Source of the DNA: a virus
IMG/VR virus record: IMGVR_UViG_3300045988_160259
Coordinates: 64,001-128,000 of that record
DNA: 64,000 nucleotides
Reading direction: 5' to 3' (one strand)
Of the stretch, positions 50,227 to 58,646 are shown piece by piece (the first letter of the stretch is position 1; each line of letters opens with the position of its first letter). A model generated the notes under the pieces. That model had not been told where the DNA came from. It searched no databases and saw only the letters and a list, made by a program, of their open reading frames with translations. Position numbers and translations under genes: made by a program.

Positions 50227-50725
50227 GATTATTGAAGGAAATTTATTTGATACAGATGCAAAATTTATTTGTCATCAGGTAAATTGTATGGGAAAGATGG
50301 GATCTGGCGTGGCTTTGCAGGTCAGACAGCGATTTCCACATGTATACGAAGAATATAAAAAGGTAGCATCATCGGATATGCTAGGGAAAGTACAAATTGT
50401 ACCAGTCAAGCCAAAATATATTGGATACGACTGTGGATCGATTGCGATTCCAAGTAATGAACAGTGGATTTGTAATTTCTTTGCACAAGATAACTATGGA
50501 TATGACGGAAAACAATATACTTCTCTGGAAGCATTAGAAAAGTGTTTTAGAACTATGTGTTGGAAAGCACATGAAAAGAACAATAATTTTAGTGCAACAA
50601 TTGCTATGCCATATAAGATCGGCTGTGATCGTGGTGGAGCAGATTGGGACGAAGTATATTCAATGATGCAGAAGATTTTTAATGAACTTGATACTCATGT
50701 TGAACTGTGGAAATTAAATCAGTAG
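50219..50725 (+). CDS. macro-domain (ADP-ribose binding/processing) protein
   Basis: IEIIEGNLFDTDAKFICHQVNCMGKMGSGVALQVRQRFP follows the macro-domain N-terminal pattern (G.l......ai.h..N..g.mG.GvA); alternative start 50207. Confidence 0.65.
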   Translation: MIEIIEGNLFDTDAKFICHQVNCMGKMGSGVALQVRQRFPHVYEEYKKVASSDMLGKVQIVPVKPKYIGYDCGSIAIPSNEQWICNFFAQDNYGYDGKQYTSLEALEKCFRTMCWKAHEKNNNFSATIAMPYKIGCDRGGADWDEVYSMMQKIFNELDTHVELWKLNQ

Positions 50726-50742
50726 AGGAGAGGAGAATAGAT

Positions 50743-51501
50743 ATGTATACTTTTGATGCAAAAGAAACAAAAAATAAGATTGTCGAGTGGATTAAAATGT
50801 TCTTTGAGCAGAATGGGAAAGATTGTATTGCCACAGTAGGTCTTTCAGGGGGTAAAGATTCAAGCATTGTTGCGGCTCTCTGTGTGGAAGCTCTTGGAAA
50901 GAATAGAGTTTTAGGTGTGCTCATGCCAGACGGAGAACAGACAGATATTGAAGATGCCTATGAAGTTGCTAAACATTTAGGTATTGAATACTGTACTGTA
51001 GATATTCATCCAGCAATTCTTGCGCTAAAGCACGAAATCAGACCACAAATTGGTGATCATTGGTCAAAACAGACATCAATTAATCTGCCTCCTCGAATCA
51101 GAATGGCAACACTTTATGCAATTTCACAGAGTATGAATGGACGAGTCGCTAATACATGCAATCTTTCGGAAACACTCTTATCTTGGGAAACTCGCTGGGG
51201 CGATGCAGTAGGAGACTTTGCACCATTAAAGGATTTCACAGTACAGGAAGTAAAAGCTATTGGATATGAGACGATTCTACTGAAAAAGATGGTTGACAAA
51301 ACGCCGTCAGACGGATTATGTGGATCTTCTGATGAAAGCGCTCTTGGATTTAAATATTCTGTATTCGATCGGTATGCAAGAACAGGTGAAATTGATGATT
51401 CTGCAGTAAAAGCTATTATCGATGCAAGGGTTGAAAAATACAGATTCAAGAGAAGACCAATTCCATATTTTGAAAGTGGTCTGAAATCATATTTAGACTG
51501 A
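50743..51501 (+). CDS. nadE: NH3-dependent NAD+ synthetase
   Basis: PP-loop VGLSGGKDSSIVAAL, RIRMATLYAISQ, NLSE...WGD..GDFAPL, and C-terminal KYRFKRRPIPYF as in NadE. Start moved to ATG after SD gaggagagga. Confidence 0.8.
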   Translation: MYTFDAKETKNKIVEWIKMFFEQNGKDCIATVGLSGGKDSSIVAALCVEALGKNRVLGVLMPDGEQTDIEDAYEVAKHLGIEYCTVDIHPAILALKHEIRPQIGDHWSKQTSINLPPRIRMATLYAISQSMNGRVANTCNLSETLLSWETRWGDAVGDFAPLKDFTVQEVKAIGYETILLKKMVDKTPSDGLCGSSDESALGFKYSVFDRYARTGEIDDSAVKAIIDARVEKYRFKRRPIPYFESGLKSYLD

Positions 51502-51539
51502 TTTGCATTCTAAAATAACCACAACAATTCACCATCATG

Positions 51540-51595
51540 AGCGTTCTACAATCAATTCTAACCTATTAAGAATATAAATTGTAGAACGCTTTTTA
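51540..51595 (+). terminator. intrinsic terminator after the NAD island
   Basis: 13-bp stem AGCGTTCTACAAT 51540-51552 / ATTGTAGAACGCT 51578-51590, inner ATTCT/AGAAT pairing, T5 run. Confidence 0.8.
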
Positions 51596-51666
51596 TAAAC
51601 GGATCATAGGAGAATAATCTTACATAGAAACATATAACTATTTACATAAAGAGAGGACAAAAACCA

Positions 51667-51945
51667 ATGCCGATTAAAGATGTATTAGATGATATCGACT
51701 GCATGATCAACACACTTTGCCTTGCAAAACGGGAACTAGGCTATGCAGTAGTATATGAAAGTGAAAGAAACATTCTAAACGAAGATCAGTGGATCGGATT
51801 TATCAAAGATCATCAGCAGCCAAGCGGAACAATTATCAGAGAGGGATTAAAGCAGGTTAGTCGTATTTCTCGAAAACTGGCCGATGAAGTTGTGTACGGT
51901 AAAGAAAATGCTAATAAAATTTGTAGAGGAGATATGGATGAATAA
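51667..51945 (+). CDS. hypothetical protein (92 aa)
   Basis: ORF; SD agagagga upstream. Confidence 0.65.
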   Translation: MPIKDVLDDIDCMINTLCLAKRELGYAVVYESERNILNEDQWIGFIKDHQQPSGTIIREGLKQVSRISRKLADEVVYGKENANKICRGDMDE

Positions 51946-52195
51946 GATTATCGAGGAAGATTTCGAATGTCTTGATGGACATATAACAAAAGCGTTGACA
52001 TTCGATAAAGACAATGTATATAAAATTTCGGACTTTATCGAACTACTACAGAAAGCGATGGAGAAATATGGTGATAAAGAAATTGCTATACATGATATGA
52101 ATTTTGACGTTATTTCAGGGATTTCATGGCCCTATATTTATTTTGATGAGACTTCAGGTGTCGATAATAATGGTATGATTTGTATTTTTGAATAG
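51938..52195 (+). CDS. hypothetical protein (85 aa)
   Basis: ORF 51884-52195 trimmed to ATG after SD gaggag. Confidence 0.6.
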   Translation: MNKIIEEDFECLDGHITKALTFDKDNVYKISDFIELLQKAMEKYGDKEIAIHDMNFDVISGISWPYIYFDETSGVDNNGMICIFE

Positions 52196-52208
52196 GAGAA
52201 AAGAAAAT

Positions 52209-52934
52209 ATGAAAACTCAAATTAGAATGGGTGTGTTTGAATCAAATTCATCAAGTATGCATTCGCTTTGCGTGATAAAAAATGAAGGTAAATATACTCC
52301 ACAAGAAATTACTCATGATATGTGGTTATGGGATGATTCAAAAACAGGAGAGAAAAATTGTATTTGGATACCATATGAGGAAGATTTATATTTTGGAAGA
52401 TCTCCATTTAGGGCATTAGCAAGTTTTTCTGATAAATGGCTATATGCTTGTGCTTCGTTGGTTGAAGAATATAATGATGATACATATAAAGAATTATTAC
52501 GAATTGTTAAGAAATATGTGCCGACATTAAAGAAAATTGAACTTCCAAAAAAATGTAAATATATTCCGAATAAAGATAACGAAGAATATAATGCAGACAA
52601 TTATTACCAGGAAGGAATGACGGAAGAAGAGTTAAACAAGTTTCTTTCTGACAAAGAAGAACAATATGGAATTGAAATTAATTATTGGACTGATTCAGAA
52701 AATGAATCCTGGAGATTCAATATTCCAGATACTGGTTCTGTGGATGAAGATATCCTTAGTGGATTTTTAAAAAAAGAGAATATCACATTAGAAGAGTTTA
52801 TTTCTAACAAAAAATATGTAGTAATTCAGGATGGAGATGAAACATGCTATTTTTCTGGAATGAAAGAAGCAGGTTTAATCAATATGAATGCAATTGATCA
52901 TGAATATCCAGAAGGGGAATGGTGGGAAAGATGA
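52209..52934 (+). CDS. hypothetical protein (241 aa), paralog A with MKTQIR.G.FE.NSSS.HSL N-terminus
   Basis: ORF 52188-52934 trimmed to ATG after SD taggaga; N-terminus MKTQIRMGVFESNSSSMHSLCV. Confidence 0.7.
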   Translation: MKTQIRMGVFESNSSSMHSLCVIKNEGKYTPQEITHDMWLWDDSKTGEKNCIWIPYEEDLYFGRSPFRALASFSDKWLYACASLVEEYNDDTYKELLRIVKKYVPTLKKIELPKKCKYIPNKDNEEYNADNYYQEGMTEEELNKFLSDKEEQYGIEINYWTDSENESWRFNIPDTGSVDEDILSGFLKKENITLEEFISNKKYVVIQDGDETCYFSGMKEAGLINMNAIDHEYPEGEWWER

Positions 52935-53329
52935 AAACACAAATTAGAAAAGGAACATTTGAAACAAATAGTAGCTCGGTTCACTCGCTCGTGATGTGTA
53001 ATAAAAGCGATTATGATAAATGGGAACAAGGAAAAGTATTTCTATTTAGAGGAAGTGGCTATGCTTATCCAGATGGCAACAAACCTCAAGTAAATCATTT
53101 TTATACAAAAGAAGAAGCAATCACCTTTGAAAAATCTAGCAAGTATCATCCAAATTTTACATACGACACAGAAGGAGATCTTTTGGATTTTCTTCATGAA
53201 AATGAATGGTATGATTATGATTATTTTTGGAATGAATGGTGCGAAGATTGGGAAACTTTTGAAGAATCGTTCACAACAGAGAATGGGGACACTGTTATCG
53301 CGTTCGGTTATGACGGTTATGATGGCTGA
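52931..53329 (+). CDS. hypothetical protein (132 aa), paralog B with MKTQIR.G.FE.NSSS.HSL N-terminus
   Basis: ORF 52919-53329 trimmed to ATG (ATGA overlap); N-terminus MKTQIRKGTFETNSSSVHSLVM. Confidence 0.7.
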   Translation: MKTQIRKGTFETNSSSVHSLVMCNKSDYDKWEQGKVFLFRGSGYAYPDGNKPQVNHFYTKEEAITFEKSSKYHPNFTYDTEGDLLDFLHENEWYDYDYFWNEWCEDWETFEESFTTENGDTVIAFGYDGYDG

Positions 53330-53353
53330 TAAAATTTAGGAGGAATTGTGAGA

Positions 53354-54250
53354 ATGGAATTATTAGGAGCATATAGAAATGGAAATTATCGTACTCTTAT
53401 AATGGATGACGGAACAAAAATCAGAAGGACAAACGATGACGATTTTATTCCTGATTTTGCGGAAAATATTGATATCAAAATAACTAATAAATGTAACATG
53501 AATTGTCCTATGTGCCATGAAGGAAGTACGGAAAATGGCAGACATGGAGATATTATGAATGAAAAATTTATCGATACTCTACATCCATATCAAGAAGTCG
53601 CAATCGGCGGAGGTGATATTACCACGCATCCTGATTTAATTCCATTCCTACAAAAACTTAAAGAACGAAAAGTAATTGCGAATATTACTGTAAATCAGAT
53701 TCATTTTGAACAAAAACAGGATCTGATCAAAAGATTAGTTGATGGAAAACTGATCTATGGTCTTGGTATATCTCTTGTAAATCCAACAGAAAAATTCATC
53801 TCCTTGGTAAAGCAGTATCCAAATGCAGTAATCCATGTTATTAATGGAATTTTAAAACCATCTGATATTGAAGCATTAGGGAATAATAATCTGAAGATGC
53901 TGATCTTGGGCTATAAGCAGCTTCGTAGAGGGACTGATTGGTATACAGAAGATCATGAAAATATTGTAGTAAGACAGATGTGGTCGAAAGAGAACATCTG
54001 TAACATTTACGACAAATTCAAAGTTGTGTCCTTTGACAATCTAGCCATCGAACAGCTTAATATGCGATGTTTCTTTACGGACAAAGAATGGGAAGAATTT
54101 TACATGGGCGATGATGGAAATTTTACTTACTATATTGACATGGTAGAAAGAAAATTTGCAAAAAGTTCAACAGCGCCAATGGATAAAAGATATGATCTGA
54201 TAGATTCTACAGATGAGATGTTTAGGCGAATTGTGACAGAGAATAAATGA
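53354..54250 (+). CDS. radical SAM enzyme
   Basis: CNMNCPMC (CxxxCxxC 4Fe-4S motif) in KITNKCNMNCPMCHEG near the N-terminus; alternative GTG start 53348 after SD taggagg. Confidence 0.7.
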   Translation: MELLGAYRNGNYRTLIMDDGTKIRRTNDDDFIPDFAENIDIKITNKCNMNCPMCHEGSTENGRHGDIMNEKFIDTLHPYQEVAIGGGDITTHPDLIPFLQKLKERKVIANITVNQIHFEQKQDLIKRLVDGKLIYGLGISLVNPTEKFISLVKQYPNAVIHVINGILKPSDIEALGNNNLKMLILGYKQLRRGTDWYTEDHENIVVRQMWSKENICNIYDKFKVVSFDNLAIEQLNMRCFFTDKEWEEFYMGDDGNFTYYIDMVERKFAKSSTAPMDKRYDLIDSTDEMFRRIVTENK

Positions 54251-54263
54251 AATCGAAATTTCA
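54248..54263 (+). repeat. junction hairpin TGAAA-N6-TTTCA
   Basis: aTGAAAtcgaaaTTTCAt; TGA is the stop of the radical SAM gene. Confidence 0.7.
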
Positions 54264-54277
54264 TCTGGTGAAAAATT

Positions 54278-54448
54278 ATGGAAAAAGTTATAAATGGTTA
54301 CAAAATCGAAGAAATTGCCTTAAATCCAACATATTTAACAGATGATGATCTAAAAAGCCTTAAAAATCAAGGATTTAGAGTACGCTGGATGAGAGAAAAC
54401 GAAGATGGCGATAAAAATATATTTATGATAACGGTTGACAAAAACTAA
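54278..54448 (+). CDS. hypothetical small protein (56 aa)
   Basis: MEKVINGYKIEEIALNPTYLTDDDLKSLKNQGFRVRWMRENEDGDKNIFMITVDKN; SD ggtga upstream; below ORF-track cutoff. Confidence 0.5.
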   Translation: MEKVINGYKIEEIALNPTYLTDDDLKSLKNQGFRVRWMRENEDGDKNIFMITVDKN

Positions 54449-54464
54449 TGAAATGTTGTTTTCA
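54449..54464 (+). repeat. junction hairpin TGAAA-N6-TTTCA
   Basis: aTGAAAtgttgtTTTCAt directly after stop 54446-54448. Confidence 0.7.
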
Positions 54465-54512
54465 TCGACAGAGAATAATATAAAAAGAACAAAATTTTAG
54501 GAGGGAAGAAAT

Positions 54513-55124
54513 ATGATGAACAATTTTTTAAATGGAATGTTTGGTAAGGTAGGAAACGGAATGTGCAGATTATCTATGAATGGTGATATTGCTGTTAAGA
54601 CAAGCACTGGATACAAAACCTATAACGTAAAGACAGGAAAACTTACAAATTGTAACAACTTTGTATTCGACATCGGAGAAGAGTTTTTCTTTGTTATTCC
54701 AACTAACAAAGTTGAAAAAGGGGATATCATTCTTGTTAATGGTAAACCAAAGTGTGTCATCGAAGCGGATAAAAATAAAATTACAGTCGTTAATTATGAA
54801 GATTCTGCGGTAGATATGATTCTTCCAGAACGTCATGTATTTATGGGTAATACATATTTTTATGGAAAAATTGTTTCCATGTTTGGAAACGATATGTTTA
54901 AGAGTAAAAAAGGAACAAATAACATTTTTAAATATATGATGCTTTCTCAGATGATGAATGGTAACGATGGGACAAATGGTTCTATGGCATTTGGTAATAT
55001 GAGCGCAATGCTTCCTTTTATGATGATGGGTGGCGGAAACGGCATGTCTGAAATGTTTGATGGAATGTTTGATTTTGATATGAGTGACGAAGATGATACA
55101 GATGAAGCAGAGGAGGAAGAATAA
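54513..55124 (+). CDS. hypothetical protein with Met/Gly-rich and acidic C-terminus (203 aa)
   Basis: ORF; SD taggaggg upstream. Confidence 0.7.
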   Translation: MMNNFLNGMFGKVGNGMCRLSMNGDIAVKTSTGYKTYNVKTGKLTNCNNFVFDIGEEFFFVIPTNKVEKGDIILVNGKPKCVIEADKNKITVVNYEDSAVDMILPERHVFMGNTYFYGKIVSMFGNDMFKSKKGTNNIFKYMMLSQMMNGNDGTNGSMAFGNMSAMLPFMMMGGGNGMSEMFDGMFDFDMSDEDDTDEAEEEE

Positions 55125-55126
55125 TT

Positions 55127-56008
55127 ATGGGATGCGGAAGTTGGAAGTCAGATGATTTTGTAAGTTATTCAGCAACGAAAGGTCTTGATGTATCAGACGA
55201 TGGTAAAATTAAAGGTTTATATTCTAACCAGGATATGTTTAAGGCAGTAACGCTTGATCATGCTTTAGATCCTAAGAATGTAATTAGAGAGTGCTGTGAT
55301 TCTGAAGAACACCCAAATACTTTACCTGTTATCTTGGCGCTAGACGTTACGGGTAGTATGGGCGACGCAGCAGTTGAAGTATCTAAAACGTTAAATGAAG
55401 TAATGACAAAGCTGTATGAGAAAATTGCAGATGTTGAGTTTATGATTATGGGTATTGGAGATTTAGCTTATGATAGATATCCGATCCAGGCATCTCAATT
55501 TGAGTCTGACATTAGAATTGCAGAGCAGCTTGATAAACTGTATTTTGAATTTGGCGGTGGCGGAAATAGATTTGAATCCTATACTGCTGCATGGTATTTT
55601 GGATCACGTCATACCAAGCTTGATTGTCTGAAACGTGGTAGAAAAGGAATTATCATTACCATGGGAGATGAAATGCTTAATCCATATCTTCCTTTAGAAG
55701 GCCTTAGATGCAGTATGAAAAGTATTACAGGGGATAGTTTACAGGCAGATGTAGAGACAAGAGATTTGCATAAAGAAACATCGGAAAAATTCAATCTCTA
55801 TCATCTTAATGTTGAACATGGCGGATATAATTATCGGCAGGAGTCAATTGAAAATTCGTTCAAAGAATATATGGATGATAAACATTTTAGAAATGTAAAT
55901 ATGAATAATATCGCAGATGCTATTGTTGATATTATTGTTGGTGAAGTAGAAAATAATGAGACAAATACGAATGTAATGACTTCTACTTCTGGAGAAATCG
56001 TTTGGTAG
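55127..56008 (+). CDS. von Willebrand factor type A (vWA) domain protein
   Basis: LPVILALDVTGSMGD (MIDAS D-x-T-x-S) followed by an alternating beta/alpha pattern; SD gaggagga upstream. Confidence 0.6.
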   Translation: MGCGSWKSDDFVSYSATKGLDVSDDGKIKGLYSNQDMFKAVTLDHALDPKNVIRECCDSEEHPNTLPVILALDVTGSMGDAAVEVSKTLNEVMTKLYEKIADVEFMIMGIGDLAYDRYPIQASQFESDIRIAEQLDKLYFEFGGGGNRFESYTAAWYFGSRHTKLDCLKRGRKGIIITMGDEMLNPYLPLEGLRCSMKSITGDSLQADVETRDLHKETSEKFNLYHLNVEHGGYNYRQESIENSFKEYMDDKHFRNVNMNNIADAIVDIIVGEVENNETNTNVMTSTSGEIVW

Positions 56009-56021
56009 AATAGGAGACAAA

Positions 56022-57122
56022 ATGATGAAAGACATTAAGATTGTGATTGGTGGATCGTTTGGCGACGAGGGAAAAGGGTTGATAACAAATTATTTTTCTC
56101 AAAAGAAAAATAATATTGTTATATGTTCTAATGGTGGAGCGCAACGAGGGCATACGGTTACGTCACCAGATGGCATTCGACATGTCTTTCATCATTTTGG
56201 ATCTGGCACGTTTAATGGGGCAGCTACATATCTGCCAGAAGATTTTATTTTAAATCCTATTATTTTCAAACAGGAATATGATGAGTTGACCAATCTAGGA
56301 TATCGACCAGAAGTTTATATCAACAAAAACTGTATGATTACGACACCTTGGGATATGATGGCGAATCAGATCATTGAAGAAAGCCGTGGAAAGGACAAGC
56401 ATGGTAGCTGTGGGCTTGGAATTTTTGAGACGATAAAAAGATATAAAGCTGGTGTAATAAATGTTAATTTTTCTATCAGAGACTATTATATAAAGCAGTT
56501 TGAAAAAGAGAAGATATCATTGTCTTATAAGTGGGAAAAGTTATTTCTTGACGATGGAATTTTTCATCATTTTTTGAACGACTTGGATTTTATGAACATT
56601 CATAGTGTTGAAATGGAAACAAATGATTTTTTAAATGTTTTCGATAATATTATCTTTGAAGCAGCACAAGGGCTTCTTTTGGATCAGAATAATACAGATT
56701 ATTTTCCACATCTTACACCATCAAATACTGGTATCAAAAATCCAAAGAAAATTATTGAAAATACTAACTGGGCTGATGATATCAATATTGAAACCTGTTA
56801 TGTATCCCGTACATATTTAACAAGACATGGAGCAGGAAAATTTCCTAGCGAATGCGACAAATATTTAATCAATCCGTACATGTTTGATAAAACAAATATT
56901 CCAAATCCGCATCAGGATACATTAAGATATGGAATGTTAGACTTAAAAGAATTATACGATAGATGTGAAAAAGATGTTGGAACATTCGGAGATAAGAAAT
57001 CAATTGCTATCACACACGGTAATGAATATTCGGTTGATATGAAATTGTTAGAAGAATTATTTGACGAATGGAATATTTATTATTCTGACGGTGAAACAAG
57101 AAATGATATTTATGAATTATAA
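56022..57122 (+). CDS. adenylosuccinate synthetase (PurA)-family enzyme, short PurZ-like form
   Basis: 366 aa; IVIGGSFGDEGKG (P-loop, PurA GxQWGDEGKG), NGGAQRGHTV (PurA GGHNAGHT), FEAAQGLLLDQNNTDYFPHLTPSNT (PurA FEGAQG.LLDiDhGTYP.VTSSN), LTRHGAGKFPSE (PurA TRVG.GPFPTE). Confidence 0.7.
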   Translation: MMKDIKIVIGGSFGDEGKGLITNYFSQKKNNIVICSNGGAQRGHTVTSPDGIRHVFHHFGSGTFNGAATYLPEDFILNPIIFKQEYDELTNLGYRPEVYINKNCMITTPWDMMANQIIEESRGKDKHGSCGLGIFETIKRYKAGVINVNFSIRDYYIKQFEKEKISLSYKWEKLFLDDGIFHHFLNDLDFMNIHSVEMETNDFLNVFDNIIFEAAQGLLLDQNNTDYFPHLTPSNTGIKNPKKIIENTNWADDINIETCYVSRTYLTRHGAGKFPSECDKYLINPYMFDKTNIPNPHQDTLRYGMLDLKELYDRCEKDVGTFGDKKSIAITHGNEYSVDMKLLEELFDEWNIYYSDGETRNDIYEL

Positions 57123-57135
57123 TTGGAGAAAATAT

Positions 57136-57642
57136 ATGAGAGTAGCATTAACAGGACATAGACCTGAAAGACTTGGACTTCCAGAAAACGAAGCGGATGA
57201 TGCTTGGGAAAAGATTGAAGAATGGATTGTAAAACAGCTCTTTAAAATGTATGAAGTTTGTTATTTGGAGAGAGAGAATTTAGATACCTATTGTGGTATG
57301 GCTTCAGGAAGCGATTTTGCATTTGGAACAGTAGCTATGTTAGTGAAGGTGTACGAAATCATTCCGTTGCGATTGCATTGTGTTCTACCATGTAAAGATT
57401 ATAATTCGTCACATGCATTATATGATGACATGAAAAAATATGCAGACGAATGGATTGAATTATCTGATGAATTTTACAAAGGCTGCGACAATGTAAGAGA
57501 TCAATATATGGTCGACCACTGTGATGTATTGTTGGCAATTTGGGATGGTAAAAAATCTGGTGGTGTATGGTCTACGATTCGCAAAGCGCAAAAGGCTGGT
57601 AAACAGATTGTGTATTGTCCTAAAGAAGTATTAGAGGGTTAA
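57136..57642 (+). CDS. DUF1273 / YpsA-like SLOG-family protein
   Basis: MRVALTGHRPERL...CGMASGSDFAFG...DVLLAIWDGKKSGGVWSTIRKAQKAGKQIV (Rossmann-like SLOG pattern). Start moved to ATG after SD ttggaga. Confidence 0.55.
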   Translation: MRVALTGHRPERLGLPENEADDAWEKIEEWIVKQLFKMYEVCYLERENLDTYCGMASGSDFAFGTVAMLVKVYEIIPLRLHCVLPCKDYNSSHALYDDMKKYADEWIELSDEFYKGCDNVRDQYMVDHCDVLLAIWDGKKSGGVWSTIRKAQKAGKQIVYCPKEVLEG

Positions 57643-57646
57643 TTAT

Positions 57647-57949
57647 ATGTTAAAAACGGTCGCAAATAAAGAAGAATTAGAAAATTTGATAATTAAAGAT
57701 ATAGATAAAATTGTATTATACACAACTATAAAAGACGTTAAAACAGGTGAAGAAAGTGAAATACAAATTGATATTACAAATTGTCATGATGCAGCAATTA
57801 CTATAGATAAATGGGAAGAATTGAATATCAAAAAAATGAGGAATGAAATGAAAAAGAAAATATCTATTGAATGTTTAAATTATAATATGGAATTTAAAAA
57901 AGATGATAATAAGAATAATTTTCTTACATATATGTGGGAAAATAAGTAA
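57647..57949 (+). CDS. hypothetical protein (100 aa)
   Basis: ORF; SD agaggg upstream. Confidence 0.65.
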   Translation: MLKTVANKEELENLIIKDIDKIVLYTTIKDVKTGEESEIQIDITNCHDAAITIDKWEELNIKKMRNEMKKKISIECLNYNMEFKKDDNKNNFLTYMWENK

Positions 57950-57961
57950 ATAGGTATAAAG

Positions 57962-58333
57962 ATGTCAGTAGGATTTAATTGGTTCAAATCGTACAAAATA
58001 CATATCCATAAAGGAACCACGATGTTTGACTATGATGATTCAGACATCGAATATATTGGCGGAGGCAGCACATCACATTCTGGATATAATATTGGCTTGG
58101 TACAAGATTTGATCGAAAAATATAGTGGAAAGAGAATACCTGCTATACAAGGAGAATGGCTTGAATCAGAAGATCAGGACTTACATTTGATTGATCCAAA
58201 AGAAATGACTGAGATTTGCCAGAGAATTTTAGATGGAAGCGAGATAGATAAGGTCGATATGAGATCTCGCATTGAATGGTTTAAAAAGCTATCTGATCAA
58301 GGATATTATTTATCTTATGAATGTGTATATTAA
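57962..58333 (+). CDS. hypothetical protein (123 aa; alternative start 58022)
   Basis: ORF; weak SD at 57962, better aaagga before ATG 58022. Confidence 0.6.
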   Translation: MSVGFNWFKSYKIHIHKGTTMFDYDDSDIEYIGGGSTSHSGYNIGLVQDLIEKYSGKRIPAIQGEWLESEDQDLHLIDPKEMTEICQRILDGSEIDKVDMRSRIEWFKKLSDQGYYLSYECVY

Positions 58334-58353
58334 ATTGAAAGAATTAATGCAGC

Positions 58354-58629
58354 GTGGAAATTAAAGAAGAAAAAGTTACTCAAACAATCAAGACTTATAC
58401 TTTTACAGAAGACGAATATCACGAACTAATTTATAACCAGAGAAAATATGGGTACGACAAAGCATTAGAATATATTGGATTCTGCGTAGGAAACTATAAA
58501 TACAAGGTTAGTACTCTTGGAGGAATAACACAATTCATTAAAGATTTATTGGATTATCTTAAAAATGGATACAGGATGAATAATATGTATGATTTAAGCT
58601 TTAACGAATGGATTAAAAAGAATAGATAA
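58354..58629 (+). CDS. hypothetical protein (91 aa)
   Basis: GTG start, weak SD. Confidence 0.55.
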   Translation: MEIKEEKVTQTIKTYTFTEDEYHELIYNQRKYGYDKALEYIGFCVGNYKYKVSTLGGITQFIKDLLDYLKNGYRMNNMYDLSFNEWIKKNR

Positions 58630-58646
58630 TATTTTCAGGAGAGAAT

